Positions 29,733-41,359 are shown, counted from the stretch's first letter. The stretch: 64,000 bases of DNA from an uncultured Verrucomicrobiae bacterium (GCA_963735805.1 CAVTMK010000002.1:928001-992000), one strand, 5' to 3'. Notes: generated by a model not told the origin, from the letters alone. Numbers and translations are program-made.

Positions 29733-30206
29733 ATGTCGCGACGGAAAAGAGTTTACAAGAAAGAGGAGCATGTCGATTCCCGTTATGGGAGCCCGGCGGT
29801 GGCGCGGCTCATCACAACCGTAATGAAGTGCGGGAAGAAATCGTTGGCGGAGCGAATCGTGTACACAGCGATCGACAAATCCCGCGAAGGCTCTGATTCG
29901 GTCGATCCGCTGGAAGTTGTAAATAAAGCAATCGAGAATGTCCGTCCGCGACTGGAAGTAAAATCACGCCGAGTTGGTGGAGCGACTTATCAGGTCCCCA
30001 TGGAGGTAACGCCAGCACGACAAATTTCTCTGGCTACTCGATGGATCGTCCAGTACGCGGACAATCGCAAAGGAATGCCCATGGCGGAAGCGCTGGCGCA
30101 GGAGATAAAGGACGCCGCAGGAGGCCAGGGAAATGCGATCAAGAAACGCGAAGACACTCATAAAATGGCGCAGGCGAATCGCGCGTTTGCGCATTTCAGA
30201 TGGTGA
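29733..30206 (+). CDS. rpsG: 30S ribosomal protein S7
   Basis: [25 protein letters not shown]. Confidence 0.98.
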   Translation: MSRRKRVYKKEEHVDSRYGSPAVARLITTVMKCGKKSLAERIVYTAIDKSREGSDSVDPLEVVNKAIENVRPRLEVKSRRVGGATYQVPMEVTPARQISLATRWIVQYADNRKGMPMAEALAQEIKDAAGGQGNAIKKREDTHKMAQANRAFAHFRW

Positions 30207-32392
30207 TGATTATGGCGACGGCGACGATGGAACAGAAAAAGGCTCCGGCGAAAAATCCGAATTCGCCGAATCGGAAGTTCCCGCTGGAACGAACACGTAA
30301 CATCGGCATCGCTGCGCATATTGACGCCGGCAAGACGACCATCACCGAGCGTGTGTTGTTTTACACCGGCATGATCCACAAGATGGGCGAGGTCCATGAA
30401 GGCACAACGGTCACCGACTGGATGGAACAGGAACGCGAGCGCGGAATTACGATTACGTCCGCTGCAACGACTTGTACCTGGACGCAACGCAAAGAAGAGG
30501 GCGTCTATAAAATTTTCGAAGGCGTCAAGGAGCGAGTCAACATCATCGATACGCCAGGACACGTAGATTTCACCGCCGAGGTGGAGCGTTCATTGCGCGT
30601 TCTCGATGGGGCTATCGCAGTTTTCGACGGCGTTGCCGGGGTACAGCCGCAATCGGAAACAGTCTGGCGTCAGGCCACCAAATACAACGTGCCGCGGCTG
30701 GCGTTCATCAACAAGATGGACCGGGTCGGTGCCGACTTCGAGATGTCGGTAGATAGCATCCACAAAAAACTCGGCGCGAACGCGTGGCCGGTTTTGTTGC
30801 CGCTCGGCAAGGAAGATCAGCTGCGTGGTCAGCTCGACGTTATCAACAAGAAGGCGATCATTTATTCTGAAAATGATCAGCTCGGATCGACGTATGAAGT
30901 CACCGATGTGCCGAAGGATTATGTCGAGATTGTTGAGAAAACTTACAACGATCTGGTCCAACAAGTTTCCAATCTCGACGATGAGGTCGCCGAGGCCGTC
31001 ATCCATGAAAAACCAGTCACGCCTGAGCTATTGAAGGCTGGAATTCGGCGACAAACGATCGCCAATAAATTTGTCCCGGTAATCGGCGGCTCGGCATTGA
31101 AGAACATCGGCATTCAGTATTTGGTCGACGCCGTAGTCGATTATTTGCCGAGCCCACTCGACATTCCGCCCGCGAAAGGTCAAGACCCGGATACGGGGGA
31201 GGCAGTGGAAGTGCCGACGGATGACAATGGCATCTTTTGCTCGCTGGCCTTTAAGCTTTGGAGCGATCCGTTTGTCGGGAAGCTGGTTTTCTTCCGCGTC
31301 TATTCCGGCACGCTAAGTAAGGGCGACACGGTTTACAATCCGCGCACTAACAAGCGCGAACGCATTTCGCGCTTAATCCAGATTCAAGCGGACAAGCGCG
31401 AAGACATTGAGACCTGTTACTCCGGCGATATTGCCGCGATCGTTGGTATCAAAAATATCACCACCGGCGACACGCTTTGCGATGAGGACCATCCGATCCT
31501 GCTCGAGCCGCCGTCTTTTCCTGATCCCGTCATTTCGATGGCGATTGAACCCAAGACAAAATTAGACCAGGAAAAAATGGCGACTGCGCTTCAGCGACTC
31601 GCAGAAGAAGATCCCACTTTCCGGGTCTACACACACGAAGACACCGGCCAAACCATCATCGCAGGAATGGGCGAGTTGCATCTGGAAATCATTCGCGACC
31701 GCATGTTCCGCGAATTCAAGGTGGATGCAAATGCAGGCAAACCTCAAATAGCCTATCGAGAAACGATCACCACGAACGCGCACGGTGTCGGCAAGTTGAT
31801 TAAACAATCCGGCGGCCGCGGTCAGTATGGTCACGTGGAAGTGGATGTGCGTCCGGCCGAGCGCAGCAAGGGTCTCCTCGTCGAGAACAAAATCGTCGGC
31901 GGCATCATTCCGCGCGAATACATTCCAGCCGTTAAAAAAGGAATCCAGGAAGCGGTGCTCAACGGCGTGCTCGGCGGCTATCCTGTTGTCGATGTAGAGG
32001 TCGATATCGTTTACGGTTCATTCCACGAAGTCGATTCCAGCGAACTTGCATTCAAAATGGCGGCGATTTTTGCCATGAAAGATGGATTTAAGCAGGGCAA
32101 ACCGATTTTGTTGGAGCCGATCATGAAAGTCGAAAACATTACCCCGGACGAGTTCCAGGGAGATATCTGCGGCGACTTGAGCAGACGTCGTGGCAGCATT
32201 CACAGCATCGAAACACGCGGCAATCTCGCGATCATTCATGCTGAGGTTCCACTCGCCGAGTTGTTCGGTTACGCGACTGCCATCCGTTCACTTTCCAAAG
32301 GCCGGTCCAGTTACTCGATGGAACCTTCCCATTTCCAACCGGTACCGGCCAATCTGGTTTCGGCCATTCTCGATCAGAAAGAGGCCAAATGA
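30206..32392 (+). CDS. fusA: Elongation factor G (start could be 30212)
   Basis: [42 protein letters not shown]. Confidence 0.98.
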   Translation: MIMATATMEQKKAPAKNPNSPNRKFPLERTRNIGIAAHIDAGKTTITERVLFYTGMIHKMGEVHEGTTVTDWMEQERERGITITSAATTCTWTQRKEEGVYKIFEGVKERVNIIDTPGHVDFTAEVERSLRVLDGAIAVFDGVAGVQPQSETVWRQATKYNVPRLAFINKMDRVGADFEMSVDSIHKKLGANAWPVLLPLGKEDQLRGQLDVINKKAIIYSENDQLGSTYEVTDVPKDYVEIVEKTYNDLVQQVSNLDDEVAEAVIHEKPVTPELLKAGIRRQTIANKFVPVIGGSALKNIGIQYLVDAVVDYLPSPLDIPPAKGQDPDTGEAVEVPTDDNGIFCSLAFKLWSDPFVGKLVFFRVYSGTLSKGDTVYNPRTNKRERISRLIQIQADKREDIETCYSGDIAAIVGIKNITTGDTLCDEDHPILLEPPSFPDPVISMAIEPKTKLDQEKMATALQRLAEEDPTFRVYTHEDTGQTIIAGMGELHLEIIRDRMFREFKVDANAGKPQIAYRETITTNAHGVGKLIKQSGGRGQYGHVEVDVRPAERSKGLLVENKIVGGIIPREYIPAVKKGIQEAVLNGVLGGYPVVDVEVDIVYGSFHEVDSSELAFKMAAIFAMKDGFKQGKPILLEPIMKVENITPDEFQGDICGDLSRRRGSIHSIETRGNLAIIHAEVPLAELFGYATAIRSLSKGRSSYSMEPSHFQPVPANLVSAILDQKEAK

Positions 32393-32700
32393 GTAATGGC
32401 CAGCGTATCCGGATTCGATTGAAGGCGTTCGATCACCGGATGCTAGATCAATCCGCAGTGGAGATCGTTGAGACTGCGAAGCGTACGGGAGCGCGGGTAG
32501 CGGGTCCGATTCCGCTGCCGACGTTAATTGAGAAATTTACGGTGAACCGTTCGCCGCACGTCGACAAAAAGTCGATGGAACAATTTGAAATTCGCACGCA
32601 CAAGCGTCTGCTGGACATCATCGAGCCGACGGCGAAAACGGTGGATGAACTGAAAAAACTGAATTTGCCTGCGGGCGTTGATATTACGATTAAGATTTAA
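32389..32700 (+). CDS. rpsJ: 30S ribosomal protein S10
   Basis: [26 protein letters not shown]. Confidence 0.98.
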   Translation: MSNGQRIRIRLKAFDHRMLDQSAVEIVETAKRTGARVAGPIPLPTLIEKFTVNRSPHVDKKSMEQFEIRTHKRLLDIIEPTAKTVDELKKLNLPAGVDITIKI

Positions 32701-32737
32701 GCGGAGGCCCTTCTGAAAGATTTGCGATTAGACGGTC

Positions 32738-33448
32738 ATGAGCATCGGACTTCTTGGACAAAAAATTGGTATGACCGGCGTTTACGACGCCAAAGGTCGA
32801 TTGCGTCCCGTGACCGTGATCGCGGCCGGCGATAACGTTTTGCTTCGTCGTTTGACCGAAGAGAACGACGGCTACTTGGCCGTGCAGGTCGGGTTTGGGG
32901 TGCAAAAGGAATCACGGGTGACCAAAGCGTTGCTCGGCGAGTTCAAAAAGGCGGGCGTGGGGCCGCAACGATTCGTGCGTGAGTTTCGCTTAACCAGGGA
33001 TCTTCCGGAGGGCGAAATCAATTTGAGCGTTACGCAATTCCAAGCGGGCGACTACGTTGACGTAATTGGCCGGTCGAAAGGAAAAGGATTCCAGGGGGTA
33101 ATGAAGAAACACAACTTTCACGGACAAGGCGCGGCACACGGTTCGAAAACGCATCGGCGCGTTGGTGCGATCGGCAATCGTTCTACTCCGGGCCGTATTT
33201 GGAAAAACATGGGAATGCCTGGTCATATGGGCGATGAACGGGTCACGGTTCAGAATTTGCAGGTCATGCAGGTGCGCGAAGCCGAAAAAATTATCTTGGT
33301 CAGCGGCGCCGTTCCGGGAGCGAATGGAAGTTACGTGATTGTTAGGCCAGCGATTAAGCACCCGGAAAGACTCTTGGCGGTGCATGCGGAGCATCGCAAA
33401 CATGATGAGCAGGAAGCCTCGAAGAAGCCCGCGATAAAAATCCGATGA
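32738..33448 (+). CDS. rplC: 50S ribosomal protein L3
   Basis: KIGMT, SKGKGFQGVMK, MPGHMG. Confidence 0.97.
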   Translation: MSIGLLGQKIGMTGVYDAKGRLRPVTVIAAGDNVLLRRLTEENDGYLAVQVGFGVQKESRVTKALLGEFKKAGVGPQRFVREFRLTRDLPEGEINLSVTQFQAGDYVDVIGRSKGKGFQGVMKKHNFHGQGAAHGSKTHRRVGAIGNRSTPGRIWKNMGMPGHMGDERVTVQNLQVMQVREAEKIILVSGAVPGANGSYVIVRPAIKHPERLLAVHAEHRKHDEQEASKKPAIKIR

Positions 33449-34080
33449 GCGCGAAAGTTCTAACCAAAGCCGCTGCCAAGGAAGCCGGCATCGAACTGAT
33501 CGAAGACGGAAAAGGTTCGCAGGCCGTCCATGATACAGTCGTCGCCATGCGCGCGGCACGCCGTTCCGGCTCGGCCAACACCAAGACGAAAGCGGAAGTG
33601 GATTTGTCTGGCGCGAAACCCTGGCGGCAGAAAGGGACCGGCCGCGCTCGGGCTGGTTATAAATCCTCGCCGATTTGGCGTGGCGGTGGTGTCGTCTTTG
33701 GACCGAAGCCGCGAGATTATTCGAAAAAAGTCTCGAAATCCGTGCGACGTCTGGCGTTCCGGAAAGCTCTGAGCGAGCGGATCAAGGCCGGCGATGTTTT
33801 GATGATCGACAAATTCGTCGTGCCGGAACTCAAAACGAAGTCGTTCGTGGGCTTGCTGAAAAAGCAAACAGACGCCCGGAAAGTTTTGCTGGTGTCGGAT
33901 GCGTTTGATCAAAACACGTTGAAGTCTGGGCGCAACGTCAAGCCGGTAATCTTTGCCACCGCTTCCGATGTAAACACCGAGCAATTACTCGCCTTTGAGA
34001 AAATTCTCATCACTCAGAAGGCGCTGGAACGATTAGCGGAGCGGACTCGCCCAACTCGAAGCGGCGGAAACAAGGAGTAA
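33445..34080 (+). CDS. rplD: 50S ribosomal protein L4
   Basis: KPWRQKGTGRARAG, RGGGVVFGPKPRDY. Confidence 0.97.
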   Translation: MSAKVLTKAAAKEAGIELIEDGKGSQAVHDTVVAMRAARRSGSANTKTKAEVDLSGAKPWRQKGTGRARAGYKSSPIWRGGGVVFGPKPRDYSKKVSKSVRRLAFRKALSERIKAGDVLMIDKFVVPELKTKSFVGLLKKQTDARKVLLVSDAFDQNTLKSGRNVKPVIFATASDVNTEQLLAFEKILITQKALERLAERTRPTRSGGNKE

Positions 34081-34084
34081 TGAG

Positions 34085-34366
34085 ATGAGTGAGCCCCACG
34101 AGATTATTCAAACTGCGTCGTTGACCGAAAAATCAACCCTGATGAGTGAGAAGCAGAACAAGTATGTCTTTCGCGTGAGTCCGCGAGCAAACAAGATTGA
34201 GATCAAGAACGCAATCGAGCGCCTGTTTCAAAAGAAGGTGGTCGATGTAAACACTTGTAACTATGCGGGCAAGGAGAAGGCAGTGCGGGGGCCCGTAGGA
34301 CGACGGCCGAGGTGGAAAAAAGCGATCGTGACTTTGAAGGAGGGCGAAAAAATCGATCTCATCTGA
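34085..34366 (+). CDS. rplW: 50S ribosomal protein L23
   Basis: TEKS, ANKIEIK, WKKAIVTL. Confidence 0.96.
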   Translation: MSEPHEIIQTASLTEKSTLMSEKQNKYVFRVSPRANKIEIKNAIERLFQKKVVDVNTCNYAGKEKAVRGPVGRRPRWKKAIVTLKEGEKIDLI

Positions 34367-34394
34367 CGAAGAGAAATCGAATTTTTGAAATGTT

Positions 34395-35243
34395 ATGGCA
34401 TTAAAAGAATTTCGCCCATTAACGCCGACACTTCGTTTCAAGTCGCTGCCTGCTTTCGACGAAATCACAAAGTGGCGGCCTGAGAGGAGCCTTGTTGAGC
34501 CGAAGAAAAAAAGCGGCGGTCGCAACACCTACGGCCGGCTCACGTCGCGCCACATTGGCGGTGGTCACAAACAGAAATACCGCAAGGTTGATTTTAAACG
34601 ACGCAAACACGGTGTCTCGGCAGAGGTTCTCGGGATCGAGTACGACCCAAATCGCTCCGCGCGCATTGCTCTTATTAAATATACGGACGGCAAACTAAGC
34701 TACATTCTCGCGCCGAACGGCCTGCGAGTGGGATCAACGGTCGCCGCTGGCGATGGTGTCGCGCCCGATTTGGGAAACGCGTTGCCACTTCGCGCGATTC
34801 CGCTGGGTACTAACATACATAACATTGAATTGAGTCCCGGACGCGGTGGTCAGGTTGCGCGAAGTGCCGGGCAACAGGCCACGTTAACAAATATTGAGGG
34901 TGGCTACGCATTGGTGAAAATGCCTTCCGGGGAAATTCGACGCGTCCATGAAAACTGTTTTGCGACAATTGGCCAGGTGGGAAACGTCGATCACATGAAT
35001 GTGTCGAGTGGCAAGGCTGGACGTACTCGCTGGCAAGGGCGTCGTCCGCACGTGCGTGGCATGGTGATGAATCCGATTGATCATCCGATGGGGGGCGGCC
35101 AGGGCAAATCAAAAGGCGGCGGCGGCCGACACCATCCGGTCAGTCCCTGGGGACAACTCGCGAAAGGATTTAAGACGCGCAGTAAACATAAGCCGAGTGA
35201 CCGTTTTATTTTGGAAAGGAGACGGCCGAAGAAGAAGGGGTAA
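34395..35243 (+). CDS. rplB: 50S ribosomal protein L2
   Basis: [27 protein letters not shown]. Confidence 0.98.
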   Translation: MALKEFRPLTPTLRFKSLPAFDEITKWRPERSLVEPKKKSGGRNTYGRLTSRHIGGGHKQKYRKVDFKRRKHGVSAEVLGIEYDPNRSARIALIKYTDGKLSYILAPNGLRVGSTVAAGDGVAPDLGNALPLRAIPLGTNIHNIELSPGRGGQVARSAGQQATLTNIEGGYALVKMPSGEIRRVHENCFATIGQVGNVDHMNVSSGKAGRTRWQGRRPHVRGMVMNPIDHPMGGGQGKSKGGGGRHHPVSPWGQLAKGFKTRSKHKPSDRFILERRRPKKKG

Positions 35244-35247
35244 GCGC

Positions 35248-35295
35248 TGGACGGCGGAACTCTGCGACATTGGTCTGGCAGAGCGCGACCCTCCA
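35248..35295. repeat. REP-like hairpin between rplB and rpsS
   Basis: TGGACGG...CCCTCCA ends with an inner CTCTGC/GCAGAG stem; related motifs near 27873-27901 and 57177-57208. Confidence 0.55.
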
Positions 35296-35312
35296 CAATT
35301 CACTTGAAAATT

Positions 35313-35591
35313 ATGGCTAGATCGTTAAAGAAAGGACCCTTCGTCGAGTTGCATCTTCTGGAGAAGATCGACAGGATGAACAACTCGGGCGTAAAGAAAC
35401 CGATTAAAACCTGGTCACGACGCTCGATGGTGACGCCGGACTTTGTCGGCCACACATTTTTGGTGCACAACGGAAAGACGTTTAATTCCGTTTTTGTTAC
35501 CGAGAACATGGTCGGTCACAAGCTCGGCGAATTTTCGCCGACGCGTGTGTTTAGGAAACACGGTTCGCATACGGCGAAGGTCACGAAATAG
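35313..35591 (+). CDS. rpsS: 30S ribosomal protein S19
   Basis: [27 protein letters not shown]. Confidence 0.98.
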   Translation: MARSLKKGPFVELHLLEKIDRMNNSGVKKPIKTWSRRSMVTPDFVGHTFLVHNGKTFNSVFVTENMVGHKLGEFSPTRVFRKHGSHTAKVTK

Positions 35592-35627
35592 TTTTAGTTA
35601 CGAGTTGATACTTGATAGAATGAACCT

Positions 35628-36515
35628 GTGCGTGCTGCCAAGGTGAACCTATCAACAATCAACTACCGACTATCGACTTATTTGGTGTGGGGTTGCCTTA
35701 TGCTGGCCGGAGGGCTAGCGGCAGGGGGAAATAGTTCTTTGTCAGAATCCAAAAATGAAAGCGCGGGAGCGAATAATTCCGCGGTGGCGAGCGTGCCGCC
35801 TTCAGAATCGCAACCGCCGCGACTGGCTTCAGAGGGGAGTGCTGTAGATTTGCTTCAGCAAAATGAGGATTTGCGGAAGCGCTTGTCCATTTCCCAGGAA
35901 TCGCTGAAGGCATTGACCAGTAGCCTGGCGGAGTCCAATGGGGAGGCGGAATTGTTTCGCCGCAAGTATTCGGATTTGCAACTGCAAATGGAGGCACTGG
36001 GGCTGGCATCCGCGAATAAGGACCGGGCGAAGTTGGAGCAGCGTTTGTTGGCCGCGGTGAGTGATCTTCAGCTCGCACAGAGGGAACGTGACGAGTATCG
36101 GAACCAGATGCTGCGTTTGGACGAAGCGGTATTGTTTTATTTGAAAACCTCACAGAGCGGTGATGCCAAGGCACGGATGGACGTGGAAACTCAGGTGCGC
36201 AGCATAGAGAAGCTGATCACGAAGTCTATGGATGCGCCAAATTTGCCGGAGCCAAGTTTGATGGACGGTAACGTGATCAGTGTGAAGGATGAATGGTCCT
36301 TCGTAGTCGGTAACCTGGGCGAAAAACAAGGTGTCAAACTAGGAATGCCAATGCGGGTGATGCGTGCCGATCAAAGAATCGCAACCCTGCGAGTGATTGA
36401 TGTGCGCCAAAAGATCTGCGGGGCGGTGATTCAAGAAATGGATTCAAAGAAGGACAGAATAAAAGTAGGGGATCGCCTCCAGGTGGATGCCCAACCGGAT
36501 GTGAGTTTGAAATAA
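35628..36515 (+). CDS. Exported/membrane coiled-coil protein with C-terminal beta-barrel, inserted in the S10 operon
   Basis: Hydrophobic LVWGCLMLAGGLAAG, long heptad region, GNVISVKDEWSFVVGNLG...ATLRVIDV...KVGDRL. Start uncertain. Confidence 0.75.
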   Translation: MRAAKVNLSTINYRLSTYLVWGCLMLAGGLAAGGNSSLSESKNESAGANNSAVASVPPSESQPPRLASEGSAVDLLQQNEDLRKRLSISQESLKALTSSLAESNGEAELFRRKYSDLQLQMEALGLASANKDRAKLEQRLLAAVSDLQLAQRERDEYRNQMLRLDEAVLFYLKTSQSGDAKARMDVETQVRSIEKLITKSMDAPNLPEPSLMDGNVISVKDEWSFVVGNLGEKQGVKLGMPMRVMRADQRIATLRVIDVRQKICGAVIQEMDSKKDRIKVGDRLQVDAQPDVSLK

Positions 36516-36595
36516 GAGGAACGAGAATCGAGAACCGAGAATCGTAAATCGGGAAACCGTTACGAATTTCGATTCTCGAATTACACAGCGGAAAC

Positions 36596-37081
36596 ATGGA
36601 AGTCAGATCAACATATAAGTATGCACGGATTTCGCCGTTCAAGGTGCGCGAAGTCACGCGTGAGATCCAGGGTCTGCCGGTCTCGGCAGCTCTCGATCGG
36701 CTCGCTTTCACTCCCAAGAAAGCCGCATTCCTGATCAACAAGACATTGAAGAGCGCGATCGCTAATGCCGAAAACAACGCCAATCTTAAGGCTGACGGAT
36801 TGGTCGTAAAAGAAGCGAGTGTTGGCGAAGGCCCAACGTTCAAGCGGATCATGGCGCGTGCCCGCGGTAGTGCAAGCCGGATTTTGAAGCGGACCAGTCA
36901 TATCCGAATCGTGCTTACGGACGAAATTACAGTCGAGACACGCGAGACCAGAAAAGCGAAACAAAAAGCAGCACAAAGGGCCGAGAAGAAAAAAGAAACG
37001 TCGGCCGGTGAGTCAACTGAAAAGGCGACAACTGAGAAAAAGCCGCGAGCAAAAAAAGCGAACCGGAAATCGAACAGGTAA
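36596..37081 (+). CDS. rplV: 50S ribosomal protein L22 with basic C-terminal extension
   Basis: [33 protein letters not shown]. Confidence 0.97.
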   Translation: MEVRSTYKYARISPFKVREVTREIQGLPVSAALDRLAFTPKKAAFLINKTLKSAIANAENNANLKADGLVVKEASVGEGPTFKRIMARARGSASRILKRTSHIRIVLTDEITVETRETRKAKQKAAQRAEKKKETSAGESTEKATTEKKPRAKKANRKSNR

Positions 37082-37085
37082 TTTT

Positions 37086-37778
37086 ATGGGACAAAAAGTG
37101 AATCCAATTGGCTTTCGCCTGGGCGTGAACCGCGACTGGCGCTCGCGTTGGTATGCGTCCGCTCAGGAACTGCCAGAATTTCTCCACTCAGATTTGGAGA
37201 TTCGGAATTATGTGAAGAAGAAGCTGCAATACGCCGCTGTCTCGAAAATTGTCATCGAGCGGGCTTGGAATAGCATCAGGGTAACCATTTTCACTGCGCG
37301 GCCGGGAATCGTGATTGGACGCAAGGGTGCCGAGATCGAGAAAATGACCGAGGAGATTTCCAAGATGGCGCAGGGCAAGCAAGTCAAGATCGACATCCAG
37401 GAGATCAAGACACCGGAGCTCGATGCCCAACTGGTGGCGGAGAATGTGGCGCTGCAAATTGAGCGACGAATTGCGTATCGCCGTGCGATGAAAAAAGCCG
37501 TGCAGACCGCAATGGATTTTGGAGCCGAAGGAATCCGCCTCCGTAGTTCCGGACGGCTCAATGGTGCGGAGATTTCGCGCTCGGAATGGTATCGGGAGGG
37601 TAAAGTTCCGCTGCACACGCTGCGGACTCCGGTCGATTATGGCTTTGCCGAGGCCAACACCGTTTACGGCAAAATCGGAGTTAAATGTTGGATCTGCAAG
37701 AAGGAGGAACCGGTAGCTCAGCCCGCCCCTCCTCCGCCACCACCGCCAGCTCCCGCCCCGGAGCCGGCTGAAGTCTAA
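37086..37778 (+). CDS. rpsC: 30S ribosomal protein S3
   Basis: [28 protein letters not shown]. Confidence 0.98.
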   Translation: MGQKVNPIGFRLGVNRDWRSRWYASAQELPEFLHSDLEIRNYVKKKLQYAAVSKIVIERAWNSIRVTIFTARPGIVIGRKGAEIEKMTEEISKMAQGKQVKIDIQEIKTPELDAQLVAENVALQIERRIAYRRAMKKAVQTAMDFGAEGIRLRSSGRLNGAEISRSEWYREGKVPLHTLRTPVDYGFAEANTVYGKIGVKCWICKKEEPVAQPAPPPPPPPAPAPEPAEV

Positions 37779-37789
37779 GGAGAAGATTT

Positions 37790-38215
37790 ATGCCGTTGAT
37801 GCCAAAACGCGTGAAGTATCGAAAGTCCCAGCGGGGAAGCCGCAAGGGGACCGCCTCGCGTAATCTCAAGATTGATTTTGGCGAATTCGGGTTGCAAACA
37901 CTCGAACGAGCCTGGATTACGAACACGCAATTGGAAGCGGCGCGCGTCGCGCTCACTCGTAATATGAAGCGCAAGGGCAAGCTGTGGATTCGCATTTTCC
38001 CGGACAAATCAGTAACTTCGCGTCCACCGGAAACGCGGATGGGTAAGGGAAAAGGTCAACCTGAGTACTGGGTGGCCACTGTGCGCCCAGGAAATATTTT
38101 GTTTGAATTAGATGGCGTGCCGGAATCTGTAGCGCGCGAGTCGTTGCGCCTGGCGGCGGACAAGTTGCCGGTGCGCACGAAGTTTTTAACACGACACCAC
38201 GTGAGGGCCGCTTAG
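37790..38215 (+). CDS. rplP: 50S ribosomal protein L16
   Basis: [17 protein letters not shown]. Confidence 0.98.
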   Translation: MPLMPKRVKYRKSQRGSRKGTASRNLKIDFGEFGLQTLERAWITNTQLEAARVALTRNMKRKGKLWIRIFPDKSVTSRPPETRMGKGKGQPEYWVATVRPGNILFELDGVPESVARESLRLAADKLPVRTKFLTRHHVRAA

Positions 38216-38219
38216 CATC

Positions 38220-38417
38220 ATGAAAATGAAAGAGATCACCGAACTAAGCAGTGACGAGTTGTTGACTAAAAGGCGGGATCTACGCCAGGAGAGGCTTCAC
38301 TTGCGATTGCAGCAACAAAGTGGTCAGCTGGAACAGCCAAGTAGATTGCGCTGGGCTCGGCGGGACATTGCCAGGATCGAAACCGAGCTGGCGCAGCGCT
38401 CGAAACCCACAAAGTAA
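38220..38417 (+). CDS. rpmC: 50S ribosomal protein L29
   Basis: Position plus [20 protein letters not shown]. Confidence 0.94.
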   Translation: MKMKEITELSSDELLTKRRDLRQERLHLRLQQQSGQLEQPSRLRWARRDIARIETELAQRSKPTK

Positions 38418-38418
38418 C

Positions 38419-38715
38419 ATGGCCGATCAACAACAACAGCCTCCTGCCGCGTCATCAGAGAGCGCGCTCGAACCCCGTAGCTCGCGCAAGACGCGCACAG
38501 GCGAAGTCGTTTCCAGCGGTATGAATAAAACAATCATAGTGCGCACAGTGACCCGCGTGCCGCACCCCAAGTTCGGGAAGATTGTCAAACAGATGAAAAA
38601 ATTTTACGCGCACGACGAACAGAACCAGGCGAAAACTGGTGACATGGTACGCATCATGGAGACGCGCCCGCTGAGCAAACTGAAACGGTGGCGCCTCGTG
38701 GAAGTCATAAAGTAA
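38419..38715 (+). CDS. rpsQ: 30S ribosomal protein S17
   Basis: [30 protein letters not shown]. Confidence 0.96.
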   Translation: MADQQQQPPAASSESALEPRSSRKTRTGEVVSSGMNKTIIVRTVTRVPHPKFGKIVKQMKKFYAHDEQNQAKTGDMVRIMETRPLSKLKRWRLVEVIK

Positions 38716-38726
38716 CCATCGATTTT

Positions 38727-39092
38727 ATGGTACAAATTCGATCCAGGTTGGATGTGGCGGATAATAGTGGCGCGCGCATGGCCACGATGATTGGCGTAAT
38801 TGGCAAAGCCACGCGTTTCGCAGGGATCGGCGACGTGATCACGGCTAATGTCAAGGAGGCCAGCGCAACAGGCACTGTAAAAAAAGGGGAAGTAGTGCGC
38901 GCGGTGCTTGTTCGGACCAAACAACCGATTCGCCGCGAGGATGGGTCCCTTCTGCGCTTCGATAACAATGCCATCGTCATCATCGATAAAGATTTGAATC
39001 CGCGCGGCACTCGCATTTTTGGGCCGGTTGCTCGCGAACTGCGTGAGCGGAATTTCATGAAAATTGTCTCGCTTGCCCCTGAAGTCCTATGA
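38727..39092 (+). CDS. rplN: 50S ribosomal protein L14
   Basis: [28 protein letters not shown]. Confidence 0.98.
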   Translation: MVQIRSRLDVADNSGARMATMIGVIGKATRFAGIGDVITANVKEASATGTVKKGEVVRAVLVRTKQPIRREDGSLLRFDNNAIVIIDKDLNPRGTRIFGPVARELRERNFMKIVSLAPEVL

Positions 39093-39391
39093 ACCGCACA
39101 AAGTGCCATGTTAAAAAAGGCGATCAGGTGGAGGTAATCTCCGGGAATTTCCGGGGCTCTTCGGGGAGAATTCTGGCTGTGTTTCCAGGAAAACAGCGTG
39201 TGGTCGTCGAAGGCGTGCGGATTATCAAGAAACACCTGCGAAAGTCCCAGGATAATCCGAGCGGGAAAATCGCCGAACGCGAGGGCCCCGTTCATATTTC
39301 GAACGTCAAACTGATCGAGCGCGAGAAGAAGACTGAGAAAAAGGCGGCAAAGAAATCGAAAAAGGAAAAAGAGGAGAAGAAAGCAGTCTAA
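39089..39391 (+). CDS. rplX: 50S ribosomal protein L24
   Basis: [15 protein letters not shown] motif, EGPVHISNV. Confidence 0.96.
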   Translation: MNRTKCHVKKGDQVEVISGNFRGSSGRILAVFPGKQRVVVEGVRIIKKHLRKSQDNPSGKIAEREGPVHISNVKLIEREKKTEKKAAKKSKKEKEEKKAV

Positions 39392-39399
39392 GTGAACAA

Positions 39400-39427
39400 A
39401 GATGTCTCGACTTCGCTCGACATGACA
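39400..39427. repeat. TGTCAT-family REP arm between rplX and rplE
   Basis: AGATGTCTCGACTTCGCTCGACATGACA, 1 mismatch to the right arm at 8390-8417. Confidence 0.85.
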
Positions 39428-39435
39428 AACTGAAA

Positions 39436-40008
39436 ATGGAAAACGAATTTCGTCGCCATTACAAAGAACGCGTTATGCCGGCGCTGCAGAAGCTGCACGG
39501 TTATAAGAACGTTCACCAGATTCCCAAGGTGGAAAAAGTGGTCATTAACACGTCGGTCGGCTCGCAATCGGATGTGAAGCAGGCGCTGGAAGAAGCCAAA
39601 GCTGAGCTGGCATTGATCACCGGTCAACGCCCCGTGGAAACACTGGCTAAGAAGAGCATTTCAAACTTCAAGTTGCGCAAAGACCAGGCCATTGGCGCAA
39701 AGGTAACCCTGCGTGGAGAGCGCATGTACGAATTCCTTGAGCGTTTCATCAAAGCTGCGTTGCCGCGCATCCGCGATTTTCGCGGCGTGTCTCCGCGTTG
39801 TTTTGATAACCACGGCAACTATACCCTTGGAATATCGGATCAATCGATTTTCCCCGAAGTCGAGCTTGATAAAATCAAGCGCAACATTGGATTTGATGTT
39901 ACAATCGTCACCACGGCACGAACTGACGAGGAAGCCAAATCGCTATTAAGCGAAATGGGAATGCCGTTTAGCGACCGGGCAAAGAAGCCCACCGCGCAAG
40001 CCGCCTGA
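39436..40008 (+). CDS. rplE: 50S ribosomal protein L5
   Basis: ITGQRP, KSISNFKLR, ALPRIRDFRG. Confidence 0.98.
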   Translation: MENEFRRHYKERVMPALQKLHGYKNVHQIPKVEKVVINTSVGSQSDVKQALEEAKAELALITGQRPVETLAKKSISNFKLRKDQAIGAKVTLRGERMYEFLERFIKAALPRIRDFRGVSPRCFDNHGNYTLGISDQSIFPEVELDKIKRNIGFDVTIVTTARTDEEAKSLLSEMGMPFSDRAKKPTAQAA

Positions 40009-40013
40009 TTTTC

Positions 40014-40412
40014 ATGAGTACTGTTACAGATCCAATTGCCGATTTGTTGGCGCGTATCCGCAATGGCACGCGCGCGCAAAAACTGGAGGTTTTGGTGCCG
40101 TACTCCAAGATCAAGGCCGAGATCACCCGCATCCTGAAGGATGAAGGTTATATTTCGGATTACTCGATTGACACGAGCACAGCGCACCCGCGCATCAAGA
40201 TCACCAACAAACTTGTGAACCGCTCGGGTGCCATTGCAGGGTTGCGTCGTGTAAGTCGCCCAGGATTGCGGCGGTATGTGGGCGCCGATGAAATCCCGCG
40301 AGTTCTTGGTGGAATGGGTTTGGCGATTCTCTCTACTTCTCGCGGCGTTTTATCAGGACGTGAAGCGCGAAAGCAAAAGGTCGGAGGCGAATTACTCGCC
40401 TACGTTTGGTGA
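40014..40412 (+). CDS. rpsH: 30S ribosomal protein S8
   Basis: DPIADLLARIRN, SRPGLRRY, GGELLAYVW. Confidence 0.98.
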   Translation: MSTVTDPIADLLARIRNGTRAQKLEVLVPYSKIKAEITRILKDEGYISDYSIDTSTAHPRIKITNKLVNRSGAIAGLRRVSRPGLRRYVGADEIPRVLGGMGLAILSTSRGVLSGREARKQKVGGELLAYVW

Positions 40413-40451
40413 TGATCTAAACCGTGTAACGATCTAACGAATCACGAGCTC

Positions 40452-40991
40452 ATGTCACGAATTGGAAACAAAGCGGTCGAGATCCCCGACAAGGTCAAAG
40501 TGAATATTGACGAGGGCGGAGCGGTCTCGGTGGAAGGGCCGAAGGGAAAACTGCAGTGGAAACTTCCGCGCCAGATTCGGGCCAGCGTGCAAGATAACCG
40601 GGTCTCCGTGGTGCGCGAAGCAGAATCACGCAGCGTGAAAGCGTTGCATGGACTTTCGCGCAGCCTCGTGCACAACATGGTCCAGGGTGTTAGCGAGGGT
40701 TTTACTAAGCAACTCGAGATCGAAGGAGTTGGTTTTAAGGCAGCCGTGCAAGGATCCAATCTTAACTTGAGTCTCGGTTTCTCCCATCCGGTTCCCTTTT
40801 CGATTCCAAAGGACATCAAAATCACAGTCACGGATAACACGAAGATTAAAGTCGAGGGCGTAGACAAAAAATTGGTGGGCCAGGTAGCAGCCGACATCCG
40901 CCGTTTTTATCCTCCAGAGCCGTACAAGGGCAAAGGCGTTCGCTACGCGGGAGAGCAGATTCGTCGCAAAGAGGGCAAGACTGTTCAATAA
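40452..40991 (+). CDS. rplF: 50S ribosomal protein L6
   Basis: [20 protein letters not shown]. Confidence 0.98.
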   Translation: MSRIGNKAVEIPDKVKVNIDEGGAVSVEGPKGKLQWKLPRQIRASVQDNRVSVVREAESRSVKALHGLSRSLVHNMVQGVSEGFTKQLEIEGVGFKAAVQGSNLNLSLGFSHPVPFSIPKDIKITVTDNTKIKVEGVDKKLVGQVAADIRRFYPPEPYKGKGVRYAGEQIRRKEGKTVQ

Positions 40992-40993
40992 TT

Positions 40994-41356
40994 ATGGCTA
41001 CGATTCGTAAAGCAGCGCGCCAGCGTGTTCATCAAAGAATCAGGAAGAAAGTGGCGGGCACGGCGCAACGACCACGGCTGACGGTTCATTTCTCGGGCAA
41101 ACATGTTTACGCTCAGGTGATTGACGACGACTCCAGACGGACGCTGGCCGCTGCGTCGACTGCGGAGCGTTCCCTACTGGGTAAGGATAAAGCAGCTGCA
41201 AATAAGGCGGCGGCAGAACAAGTCGGCAAAGCGATAGCGGAACGTTCGCTGGCGAAGAAACTCGAGCGAGTCGTTTTTGATCGCGGCGGGTTCCTTTATC
41301 ACGGAAAAGTGAAAGCCTTGGCGGACGCGGCCCGTTCAGGCGGCTTAAAATTCTAA
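40994..41356 (+). CDS. rplR: 50S ribosomal protein L18
   Basis: [25 protein letters not shown]. Confidence 0.98.
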   Translation: MATIRKAARQRVHQRIRKKVAGTAQRPRLTVHFSGKHVYAQVIDDDSRRTLAAASTAERSLLGKDKAAANKAAAEQVGKAIAERSLAKKLERVVFDRGGFLYHGKVKALADAARSGGLKF

Positions 41357-41359
41357 TTC

